Positions 12,541-23,584 of a stretch of DNA of 64,000 nucleotides are shown here, piece by piece (positions within the stretch are counted from its first letter, which is position 1; each line of letters opens with the position of its first letter). This stretch comes from Octopus sinensis (taxonomy: Eukaryota). The notes beneath the pieces are model-generated. The model did no database searches, was not told the origin of the DNA, and saw nothing but the letters and a program-made list of their open reading frames with translations. The DNA is taken from the NCBI RefSeq assembly GCF_006345805.1, contig NC_043000.1, forward strand, positions 116,932,001-116,996,000. The letters run 5' to 3'. The position numbers and the translations under genes are program-made.

Positions 12541-13130
12541 GACACTAATAGAAACACTCAGATGAAGAATTCCTGCCAGTAAGTGGTTTTGCCCCGTTAG
12601 TTCCTGTCACTCTAAAAGAGTGGCTCTTAGGGTCCTCCCGCTGCTTGCGAAAGGCCGCCTTTAGTGGGAATTCATCCCAGGACCTTATGGTCATCTTATT
12701 TCTCTGAACTGTGGTGTATGCCGCTAGGCCACGTAGAACACCGAAAGGACCTGCAACGTGGATCTATTTCACAGGTTTTCCTCTTTAGCGGCTTGCATTA
12801 TTCTATTTCAGTTTCAGCTGTAGCTTCTCTTTGCTCATAGCCACATCGAACTCTTTTCAACCGTCACTGACAAGTATTTCATTGAGCTAACCTGGTTGTT
12901 GGCATAGAGAGACAGCAACAAATCCTCGTGCGCCAGTTTCCACTGCCTGTACTGTGCAGCGGTGTCCTTCTTTTACTAATTCTTTCATAAGCACTATAAA
13001 ACATTATCGGAAAACATTTCAAAGTCACTTCTTTTATATTTATATTGTAAAATACACCATGAAGTGTAGCAGCGAACCGATCTGGCATAAATTTCATTTA
13101 TGTAATAGAGACCATAGGGAACTATGCTGC
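12541..13130 (-). mobile_element. Possible degenerate 3' end of a restriction-like-endonuclease non-LTR element (HERO/NeSL type)
   Basis: Minus-strand translation HRCTVQAVETGARGFVAVS resembles the PVEVGxRGFV motif and is preceded by YSAYERISKR. Short and frameshifted. Confidence 0.4.
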
Positions 13131-13465
13131 AGTTTATCATTCTGAGAGTTTAACTCTTTGAACCATAATAATCATACATTGTATAACTTTAATTTACTAT
13201 AATTTACGAGGTACGAAACGCAATTTAATGCGCTAAGAATATAGTTAGAGAATATTTGATTAATGACTCCTTGAAATAGTTCAGAAAATTTACTAACCAA
13301 ATGCATTGGAGAAACGTCTATTGTATAGGCACACAATTATTTGTATACCTCTATAATTGTACGTATTGAAATGTGTGAGTAATTATTTCATCACCTACTT
13401 TATGTGTATTAATACAGGTAATCATTTCAACATAGACGTGAATTTAAGTATAATAAATGTAAATT

Positions 13466-13645
13466 TTCGTCTGTCGTTACGTTCTGAGTTCAAATTCCGC
13501 CGAGGTCGACTTTGCCTTTCATCCTTTTGGGGGTCGATAAATTAAGTACCAGTTGCGCACTGGGGTCGATGTAATCGACTTAATCCCTTTGTCTGTCCTT
13601 GTTTGTCCCCCCTGTGTTTAGCCCTTTGTGGGTAGTAGAGAAATA
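13466..13645 (+). mobile_element. 5'-truncated SINE family A with 17-bp TSD
   Basis: tataataaatgtaaatt at 13449-13465 and 13646-13662. Confidence 0.85.
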
Positions 13646-14175
13646 TATAATAAATGTAAATTCAATATTAATCTATTTTGTTTTGTAATTTAAGCAGAAA
13701 CGTATCGTTTCTGAAGTCAACAAATTCAAGGACATACTAATGAGGAAATAACAAATAGCCTGCACATTCCTCATTAGACTCATATATTAATTTAGATATT
13801 AAACCAATACCTGTCATTTAGATATTAAATTACTATAAATCATCCTTCGAAATCTCTGAGGTGAACTACCAAAATCATAGCATGGACGAATTAATGCGCA
13901 ACCGCACATGCTTGTTACTTTCCTTGAAAAGGTTTCTTCGTGCCAAACAGGAAAAGATATTTTGAAGATCGACTCCACTCCGTGTTTTAGATTTGTCCCA
14001 TCTGAAAACTTAATCTTATCGCATTGCGATACCTGTGTTAGCGAGTTCAGTGAGAGCGTTGAACTTTTCCGTACTAGTGACTTGTATGATACGCAGATGA
14101 ACCTGCGGTGAAATTTGGGGAAAATATCAATCTATAGAGGCAGGCATGGCTGTGTGGTAAGACGCCTGCTTCCGG

Positions 14176-15480
14176 TATAGCGTTTGTTAGTTGGATTGTT
14201 GGTTTTGTTTGGTACACACTTTTTTTTTGCTGACTTGGTGGTGCGACGTCTTTCCTCTGGTTTAATGGAGAGGCGTCGTGTGATGAGTTGTGAGGATTTG
14301 AACTATTTTTTTTCAGAATTTGTGTCGTCGGAGGAAGAAATTGTGAAATGCTTGAACAAGACTGACGCAGCAATAGAAACGAGGAATTACGCTGCAGCGG
14401 CAAAGGGAAAAATTGAAGTCTGGAAGAGCTGGGCAGGTTCAAAGAAATAATCGAAAGGGAGGGCAACGATGTGAAAGTGTCAACCCCACCTCCCAAAGGA
14501 GTGTTAAAGGGTAAGGAAGAGAGAACATGGTGGCAACAAGAAAAATTGAAGTGGTGTCGGTGGCACAAGTTGAAAAGGTGTGGCAAGAGATATCCTACCT
14601 TGCGAGGGGAAGAGAGTACGGAACAGTGGAAGTGCAGTTTCGGGAGATAGCTACCACCAGACTGCACTCAGCTCCACCATTAAAAACCGAAGAAGTGGTG
14701 CTTCTACCCGTATACCTTGGGAGATGAGCGTCCAGGGTTAAGATAGAAGATATACCACCAGAGATGAGAATGTAGCCTGGCTGGTGGCTGCCATACGGCT
14801 AGGCATGGAAGAAAAGATGGTTGTCCTGCAAGGCCACCAGAACACCCTACAGAAACTGGCAAGGATAAATTCTGGACATGGTGGTACAGATTAACGCAGA
14901 AGATATTGAAAGTATGGTGGAGACAATCACGTTCGCAGACATGACGCCGAAAGTCAGACGGGAAGGGAGGATACCGCGGTGCTATAAATGTGGCCTGAGA
15001 GGCCACATTAGAGTGAATTGTACTCCACCATCACTGAAGACTAAAGAAAGGCAAAACAGTGAGAAAGTGGTTGTGCTCCACTGCTCGTGGACTCTGAGGA
15101 AAAGCACGAGAAGGAGAGCGAAGCAGCACCACAGACATAGACCAGTACCAACGCCTAGGAAGAGGGCTTAAACACCAGATGGGAAACGTCGGGAAAAAAA
15201 GAGGAAGAGGAGAAAGCGGGCACAGGTGCTAAAGACGACTCCCAACCCACACCTACCAGGCTCTCACCCACAATGGTAGTTTAAATTAATGTTTTTCTTT
15301 AAAAAAAAGGTTGTATTAACAGGTTCAGTGGAGTCATTCGGAGGTGGGGCCGAACGGCTCCATTACACTTTTTCATTATATTCAATTCATCTTTTCCATT
15401 CGTTTTTTTTGCCCTTCGCCCTTGTGCTGACCCCACCCTTGTGTTGACCCCGCCCTTGTGCTGCGCTCCCTATGCACAGC
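14176..15480 (+). mobile_element. L1/Tx1-like element carrying only a degenerate ORF1 (CCHC zinc knuckle)
   Basis: Track ORFs 14184, 14527 and 14878 form one frameshifted ORF1 with RCYKCGLRGHIRVNC (CX2CX4HX4C). No ORF2 follows. Flanked by the head and the body of a family B SINE. Confidence 0.7.
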
Positions 15481-15574
15481 CTCCAAGGCAAGTATCTTCT
15501 GCTACTGTCACGAGCCAACCAATTCCTTGTGAGTGGATTTGGAGACGGAAACTGAAAGAAGCTCGTCGTAAATG

Positions 15575-15607
<33 letters not shown>

Positions 15608-16445
15608 TTGTCCCCATCACCACTTGACTACCGGTCTTGGAGAGTTTCCGTCCCCGTAAAAAACACTGATAGAATAAATGCCTGGTTTAACAAAAAGATA
15701 TTTATTGGGGTCGATTCGCCCGACCGAAGATTCTTCATGGCAGTGCCCCAGTATGACCGCAGACCTGTGTCTATTAAAAGACAGAATATAACGAGCTGCA
15801 ATCTTGTAATGATCTCATTCTTCATTGGTTTTTGCTAATCGTCAAACAAGTTAATCTATTGGGTTGTCAAATGGATTTGTTCGTTTTGATTTTTCCCTAC
15901 TTTGCATTCCATCGTTATTTTTCTGAAAAGAGTTAAAATTTATTCAAGTTTCAAAAACAATAAGCGAAAATTGTACAGGGAAAATGGAGCCAAATATAAC
16001 AATAAACCTTAGAATAGACATATTTTTCGCGTAATTTCAATATCATTGGCGAATATCAAAATGAATGGAAAACGAACGAATTTATGTGGCAACTCAACAG
16101 AATACAAAATAATATGTAATATTAGGGTGGCGACCTGGCGGAACGGTTAGCAACCCCGGACGAAATATTTAGCAGCACTTCGTCCATTTGTACGTTCTGA
16201 GCTCAAATTCCCATGAGGTCGACTGTGCATTTAATCCTTTCGAAATCGATAAAATATATATCAGTTGATCACCGGGGTCAATGTCATCGACTCCCCCGCA
16301 ATTTCTGGCGTTGTGCCAAAATTTGAAATCAGCGCGTATTCCAAATCTGTTGCCTTTTTAGCTAGGCTTACAATTTAACAAATGAAAAATATTTTATAAT
16401 TGACAAATAATAAGGATTTTGCAATACATGTTTATGCATATTTCC

Positions 16446-16451
16446 TTTATT
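16446..16451 (-). terminator. Candidate AATAAA polyadenylation signal of the neuropeptide gene
   Basis: TTTATT on + strand about 85 nt downstream of the stop codon. The motif is common in AT-rich DNA. Confidence 0.3.
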
Positions 16452-16536
16452 TTCCCATTCAACAAAATTGGCAATATTTAAGTTTACAGTATATTGTTAG
16501 AGAACCGGTCTTATTCGTCTTATGAAAATCTCAGAA

Positions 16537-16857
16537 CTATTTACCAAGGTCTTTGAGTTTACTGTTCCATGCATCAGACTGCTGTTTATCAACTATGTTT
16601 TTCATTTTATCTAAGAGAAGCAAATAATCGCTGTTGTATGCCACGCCAGCACGTTTTCTCAACATTCTTTGGAGCTTCAAGTTCGTGAGCAACTGACGCA
16701 TACGAGACGCATCGTAATCATCCTCGATGCTTCTTTGTCTATTTCCGTCTATTTCCAGTGGAACATGCTGCATGGTTTGTGTCCCGCGAAACCGCATACT
16801 TTGGCAAAGAAGAACAGCACAGCACAACATGATCAGCGAAGCAGGAATCAAATTCAT
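16537..16857 (-). CDS. Secreted neuropeptide precursor (106 aa), ELH/CRF-DH44-like amidated peptide
   Basis: ORF from M43 of track ORF 16537..16983: MNLIPASLIMLCCAVLLCQS (hydrophobic signal peptide), then ...LQRML-RKR-AGVAYNSDYLLLLDKMKNIVDKQQSDAWNSKLKDL-GK-stop(TAG). It has a tribasic cleavage site and a Gly-Lys amidation signal at the stop. The ATG lies 4 nt after a polypyrimidine/CAG acceptor. Family assignment rests on recalled motif similarity only. Confidence 0.85.
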   Translation of the reverse strand: MNLIPASLIMLCCAVLLCQSMRFRGTQTMQHVPLEIDGNRQRSIEDDYDASRMRQLLTNLKLQRMLRKRAGVAYNSDYLLLLDKMKNIVDKQQSDAWNSKLKDLGK

Positions 16858-16861
16858 CCTC

Positions 16862-16915
16862 CTGTAAAATGAAGGAGGAAAGAAATTAGAACAAAGAAAT
16901 AAAAAAAAACGTAAA
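16862..16915 (-). promoter_or_regulatory. Splice acceptor (polypyrimidine tract + CAG) of the neuropeptide coding exon
   Basis: Minus strand reads ...tttatttctttgttctaatttctttcctccttcattttacAG|gaggATG. The AG is at 16863-16862 and the exon starts at 16861. Confidence 0.75.
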
Positions 16916-17016
16916 TAAAGATTAGTTGGAATAAGAGTAAAAAGAAAAATTGGATTGAAGGACTCGGTCCCGGTGAGAACCAAATGAATAATGGTGGCAT
17001 ATAATGAGAAGCAATA

Positions 17017-17691
17017 GGATTTTTACCTTTTCACCTACAGGTTTAAAAAGTAATTTTTTGTAACTAAACACGTTAAAACTTCGGACACTGGTAGAATGTT
17101 TCATATAAAACATCTTTTACTCTTAGCACTTTTGAGAAAAGCTTATATTTACGAAGTTATTTCACGTTAAAGTTGTCCTATTTCGGTAATTTCAACCAAT
17201 CAATGACGTGCATTCAGCTGAATTATATTTCTGCCGTTGTATGTCAACAACAACTATCGGCAGTCTATATTTCGTTTGTCACTGTTATCTATGACATCGT
17301 TCGTACGTTTTTACTGGTTTTAAGGTTTTAGGGTTAGAGAAAGGGTTTTAGGGTTAGGGTTAGGATTTTAGGGCTAGGGTTAGGGTTTTAGGGTTAGGGT
17401 TAAGGTTTTAGGATTAGGTTTAGGGTTGTTATAAATAACAGTGACAAACGAAATATACACCAACGGAAGTTCTTGTTGACAAACAATAGCAGTAATTTTA
17501 TTCAGCTGAATACACGTCATTGGTTGAAATTACTGAAATACGAAAAATTTAACTTCGTAAGTATAAGTTTTTCTCAAAAATGCTAAGAGTAAAAGATATT
17601 TTATATGACATATTCTACCAGTGTCCGAAGTTTGAAAGTGTTTAGTTACAAAAAAATATTTTTAAATCTGTCGGTCAAAAGGTAAAGATCC
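17017..17691. mobile_element. Long-TIR MITE with (TTAGGG)-like core and 8-bp TSD
   Basis: About 270-bp imperfect inverted arms starting ggatttttacctttt / aaaaggtaaagatcc. Flanks are aagcaata (17009-17016) and aagcaatg (17692-17699). Centre 17320-17427 is degenerate ttaggg repeats. Confidence 0.8.
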
Positions 17692-18209
17692 AAGCAATGT
17701 TAAAGGAAATCTTTTGATGACTTACTTATTTATATTTCAGCTTGCTTACTTTTATTGATGTAAACAATCCTGTGGCATATGTATATTATTTTAAACACAT
17801 TTTACATGAAATATATACTTGTATAAATCCGTTTTAACAGTTGAACTCGAAGTAAAAGTGCTATAAATAACTGTGTGTAAATACTGAATTAAAACAAAAA
17901 ATCGAAGACTGCTTTCGACTTTTATTTTATCTAATATTTTCTGGCTATTATTTACAGCTTTCTACTTCGAGTTTAGCCATTGAAAGCGGATTATTTGATG
18001 TTTTCTCGTATTGCCTAATTTTTTTGTTTAAAATCAGCAGCGTATACTTTTATATTTTTACAGAATCGCTCACGCATAACACGTTGATAAACAATAAATG
18101 CAAATTTGGTTCCAGTAAGAAATGATTATTATATTAACTAAAAAAAAATCACTCAGGATACTGAGGGCAAAATATGCCTTCATTACGTGTACATGCATAT
18201 ATATTTACA

Positions 18210-18538
18210 CTGGCTTAAAAGCCGTCCGATAGGGCGGCTTCTAAGCTAGTAAGTAGCTTTTAAGCAACTGACCCCGAATGGGAAGATCTGAAAACAGATC
18301 TGTGATTGTTTTGGAGAATTCATTGCAAATGCTTCCTCCAGAGTCATATCCCAATGATGATCACATTCGTCGCTAAAAAATCATGTAAGAAAAAAATCGC
18401 AGTAATGAAAACATAGGAATCCAATATTTCAGGATTGCAGATCCGGATTTGCCCCGGAATACTTCCAAGTTACTCACGGAGTAAAGTTGAAAAGGTGTGA
18501 CACACTGACACACTGACATTCACATTTATTATATTAGA
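18210..18538 (-). mobile_element. Non-autonomous Helitron-like element
   Basis: Minus 5' end A|TCTAATATAATAAATG. The 3' end is a 42-bp imperfect palindrome ending CCAG|T. A similar 5' end is at 19457. Confidence 0.55.
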
Positions 18539-18593
18539 TATGATTAATTTTGGAAAACTGTATTTCAATTCAAGTGTATTATATATATCTATA

Positions 18594-18637
<44 letters not shown>

Positions 18638-18750
18638 CGTGCGTGTGTATTTATATGTATATATGTACACACACACACAGATATATGTATGTATATACAT
18701 ATATATATATATATATATATAATATATATATATATAATATATATATATAT

Positions 18751-18914
18751 AATTCGAGACAAAACCACTATTTTAAAATCAAACAAGGAAAGACTTAATC
18801 AATACATAAAATTTATTTTATTTTATTGGCGGTTTATTTAATTTATATTAAAATTTTATGTATTGATTAAGTCTTTCCTTGTTTGATTTTAAAATAGTGG
18901 TTTTGTTTCGAATT
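18751..18914. repeat. Inverted repeat (~63-bp arms, AT-rich spacer) next to an (AT)n tract
   Basis: aattcgagacaaaaccact...atacataaaattt and its reverse complement, 1 mismatch. Confidence 0.85.
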
Positions 18915-19004
18915 ATATTATATAATATTTTACTATAAAATTGGATTTAACCCTAAATCTGATTTTTCCCTGTAAATTTGGATTCATTCCCTAATATATA
19001 TTAT

Positions 19005-19035
<31 letters not shown>

Positions 19036-19546
19036 GTATTAAAGAACGAAAAAAAACCCCAAAATGATAGTGTTCAGTTGTTGGTTCAGTAAGCTGGACA
19101 CAAGAATAACTGTGCAGGGAAGTTGTACATCATCTCTCTCTTTCTATCACATATTCCCCCTCTCTCTTTTATTATTACTTCCATTGTCACCACCAACGCT
19201 ACTACTTTTAATAAAACATCATCAACTCTCTCTAAATTTCTTTGTCTTTCGTTCAATCCCTCTATTTTTCTTTCTTTCTGTTTTTCTTTCTTTATTTCTC
19301 TCTCTCTCTCCTTCTGTCTTCGCCATCGCCCTCACCGTCTCGGTGCCTACTATTACTCTCATCCCAGCACGAGGAAATGTGATTGAATAGAGAAAAAGGA
19401 AGTCAAAGTGTGACACACTGAGACACAGAAATCAGTTTTCGTATTTATTATATTAGATGATATGAATATAATACATAATATATAAGTATTAATGCGAAAT
19501 GTCCAATTGAGAAATGTCCACGAAATGTCCAATATATGATGTGATT

Positions 19547-19950
19547 AGGCGACGAGATGGCAGAATCGTTAGCACGCCGGGTGAAATGCTTAGCGGTATT
19601 TCGTCTGTCTTTACGATCTGAGTTCAAATTCTGCAGAGGTCGACTTTACCTTTCATCCTTTCGGGGTCGATAAATTAAGTGCCAGTTACGCACTGGGGTC
19701 GATATAATCGACTTAATCCGTTTGTCTGTCCTTGTTTGTCCCCTCTGTGTTTAGCCCCTTGTGGGTAGTAAAGAAATAGGGTATTTCGTCTGCCGCCACG
19801 TTCTGAGTTCAAATTCCGCCGAGGTCGACTTTGCCTTTCATCCTTTCGGGGTCGATGAATTAAGTACCAGTTGTATACTCTGGTCGATCTAATTGACTGG
19901 CCCTCTAGCCCAAAATTTCGGGCCCTGTACCTAGAGTAGAAAGGAATGTA
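19547..19950 (+). mobile_element. SINE family A with internal tandem duplication
   Basis: Body repeated after tail ...gaaatagggtatttcgtctgcc. Confidence 0.85.
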
Positions 19951-20465
19951 TGAAGTGATTAATTGACTCAGGCATCCAAATTTTAGGTCTTGTTCCAACA
20001 GTAGAAAGGACCATTACATTAGAAAAACATGCTTAGCGACATTTCTTCTGACTCATTAAATGCTACCACCAGGGTAGACATCATCTTTGCTCCTTTCGGG
20101 GTCGAGAAATTAATAACGAGTAGAGCCATTCGGGTTCATATAAGCGGCTATCTTTCTAGACTGAAATTGCTGGTCTTGTGAAAAATCTGAAACCATTATC
20201 GCATTAGAATATTATTGAAATGGCATCATTTCGTCTTTTTTCTTTCTGTGCGAGGAATTTTGAACATGACATTGACTTGAATAATCATTTGTAGTATGTT
20301 TCGGTCGAATCGGACGCGAATATGCAAATCTCTGCTGTCTTTCGTCATATTAGAACGACTTCTCTCCTTATAAGAATGTGTAGTTATAATACACTCGATT
20401 CACTAGAGTAATGTGTGTGTGTGTGTGTGTGTGTGTGTATACATAGATATAATGTGTATATATTC

Positions 20466-20689
20466 TTTTATTCTTTTATTTGTTTCAGTCATTTAACTAC
20501 GGCCATGCTGGAGCACCGCCACTAGTCGAGCAAATCAACCCCAGGGCTTATTCTTTGTAAGCCGAGTACTTCTATCGGTCTCTGCTGCCGAACTAAGTGG
20601 AGACGTAAACACACCAGCATCAGTTGTCAAGCGATGTTGGGGGAACAAACACAGACACACGCACACACACACACCACACACACACACAC

Positions 20690-20759
<70 letters not shown>

Positions 20760-20845
20760 GACGAGCTTCTTTCAGTTTCCGTCTACCAAATGCACTCAGA
20801 AGTCTTTGGTCAGCCCGAGGTTATAGTAGAAGACACTTGCCCACA
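20466..20845 (-). mobile_element. SINE family B
   Basis: Reverse-complement match to the family B tail and body. Confidence 0.8.
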
Positions 20846-21577
20846 TAAACAGTTTAATTCTACTCTTTACCGACATATTCATAGCGTTGTTCAATGCATA
20901 CATGCATACGTACATACAGACACACACACATACACACAAACACACACACCCAGATACACAGACACACACACGCGGCACCCTGTCGCTTACGACGAAGAGG
21001 GTTCCAGTTGATCCAATCAACGGAACAGCCTGCACGAGATATTAACGTGTACAGTAGGTGATTACCCAACAGGGAGATTCAGGTGTATTACAGAGTGTTG
21101 CAAGACTGGCCCTTTCAAATTTAGGTCCTACTAATGTTCTAAACTAAATTCTTAAATACTATGGGGGGATGGCAGAAACCTATATTAATATAGCTAAGTC
21201 TATCGTTGGGCTTACTGTATGTATATATGTGTGTTTGTATATATATTTAAACGCGTGTGTGAGTATGTATATAGATATATATATATATACATACATGTGT
21301 GTGTGTGCGCACGTGTATGTGTGTGTATATGTATGCATATACGGATTCTATGAACGAATTTTTAGGTTTCTCATACCTATTGGAGTCATTTCCCTTTCTT
21401 CAACGTTATGTTTTCTTCAAATCGCTTTTGTTTGTCCTAATAATTGATGAGATGCCGAAGAAAACTTCAGCTTTGGCATCCGGAGTTTTTATTATGACAA
21501 CCAACTAATTGTCACATATTATATTTAAACATAAATACGAGGTCTCATTCATTCTTTTGTTGTCATATTATTATCAT

Positions 21578-21610
<33 letters not shown>

Positions 21611-22436
21611 TATACGACGAGCTTCTTTCAGTTTCCGTCTACCAAATGCACTCAGAAGTCTTTGGTCAGCCCGAGGTTATAGTAGAAGACACTTGCCCAC
21701 ATAACAGTTTAATTCTACTCGTTACCGACATATTCATAGCGTTGTTCAATGCATACATGCATACGTACATACAGACACACACACATACACACAAACACAC
21801 ACACCCAGATACACAGACACACACACGCGGCACCCTGTCGCTTACGACGAAGAGGGTTCCAGTTGATCCAATCAACGGAACAGCCTGCACGAGATATTAA
21901 CGTGTACAGTAGGTGATTACCCAACAGGGAGATTCAGGTGTATCACAGAGTGTTGCAAGACTGGCCCTTTCAAATTTAGGTCCTACTAATGTCTAAACTA
22001 ATTCTTAAATACTATGGGGGGATGGCAGAAACCTATATTAATATAGCTAAGTCTATCGTTGGGCTTACTGTATGTATATATGTGTGTTTGTATATATATT
22101 TAAACGCGTGTGTGAGTATGTATATAGATATATATATATATATATACATACATGTGTGTGTGTGCGTACGTGTATGTGTGTGTATATGTATGCATATACG
22201 GATTCTATGAACGAATTTTTAGGTTTCTCATACCTATTGGAGTCATTTCCCTTTCTTCAACGTTATGTTTTCTTCAAATCGCTTTTGTTTGTCCTAATAA
22301 TTGATGAGATGCCGAAGAAAACTTCAGCTTTGGCATCCGGAGTTTTTATTATGACAACCAACTAATTGTCACATATTATATTTAAACATAAATACGAGGT
22401 CTCATTCATTCTTTTGTTGTCATATTATTATCATTA
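20757..22436 (+). repeat. Tandem duplication, 2 x ~855 bp
   Basis: 20757-21579 is repeated at 21613-22436 with few substitutions and single-base indels. The junctions lie in (AT)n. Confidence 0.95.
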
Positions 22437-23518
22437 ATATATATATATATATATATATATACGTTAGTGTGTGCGTATAAAGCATTAGTGACTTGGGGAG
22501 CCTGATTATATGAAGGAAATGATATGAATTCGCTTCTTGAATGCATAAAGTATTGTGTAGAACGGAACGATAAAACTCAGCTTGAAGCAATTTTAAAAAG
22601 GAAACCTGTTACTTTGGAATAATTGTGAATGGAACTGTTTTGATCAATCCAAAAATGTATCAGCTACTGTGTTTTAAATAGACTACAAACTTTATTATTT
22701 TGCTACTATGACATACCTTCTTTGAAAAACAATGCAATATTCAAATTGGTATAGGTTTCTCTTTAGGTATTTACCGTGGTGGCTTTTAGTATCACCCATA
22801 TACTTTCTTTTCAGCTCAGTTTCAATACATTTATTCAAACATGTATGTGAATACCAGGTCACACTGCTGTATTTTCATGCATAATAACCCAAAGGTTTCT
22901 AATTCTTTTCTGCTATTTTATAACTTTTAATAAAATGAAATAATTAGATACGCAAATTGCATTATTGATTTCAAGACAAACTTCTTTCATAAAATGCCTT
23001 GAAACTAAATAAATCCCTGCTATCTGAATTTAAAACATACATTGAAATTGCGGAAAGAAAAAGAAAAAAATTAAAATCAATTCTAAAAAGAGAAAATTAT
23101 TGTTAAGAATGTGAAGTTGTATTTTATGTGTATGTATACTTAGGAACAGTACAAGTTATTCTCTCGTAAAATTTCAGAAAAATTATGTAGAAGCCAGCAT
23201 AAGGGTTCTAAACTTTCTAGAATACCATGCCTTTCTTTTATTTCAGTCATTAGACTCTCCCCGCGGAGTTTTTATCCGAACAATTCGATGTCAGTATTTA
23301 TTTTAAAGCTTGGTATTTATCCTATGTTATCTTTTGCCGAACCGCTAAGGTACGGGGAAATACATAAGCCAACCGTGGTTGCAAATCGGTAGAGAGATAC
23401 ACATTTCCATTTTGGAAACGTGTACCAAGATTCCAACGTAGAGAACTTGAAAATTTGTGAGGAACTTCTCCATATGACACTATTGGTTACCTTGTTAATC
23501 TACAAACCAAGTGTGTCA

Positions 23519-23577
<59 letters not shown>

Positions 23578-23584
23578 ATATATA

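Noticed and set aside
16858-16983. N-terminal 42 aa of track ORF 16537..16983
   Set aside because: It is read through a polypyrimidine tract and acceptor from a non-ATG start, so it is intronic.
17320-17427. True telomere or chromosome fusion site
   Set aside because: It is short, degenerate, single-orientation and enclosed by MITE arms with a TSD.
17700-20400. Specific exon 1 or promoter candidates (donor motifs, ATGCAAAT octamers)
   Set aside because: The motifs are short and expected by chance, and cannot be supported without transcript data.
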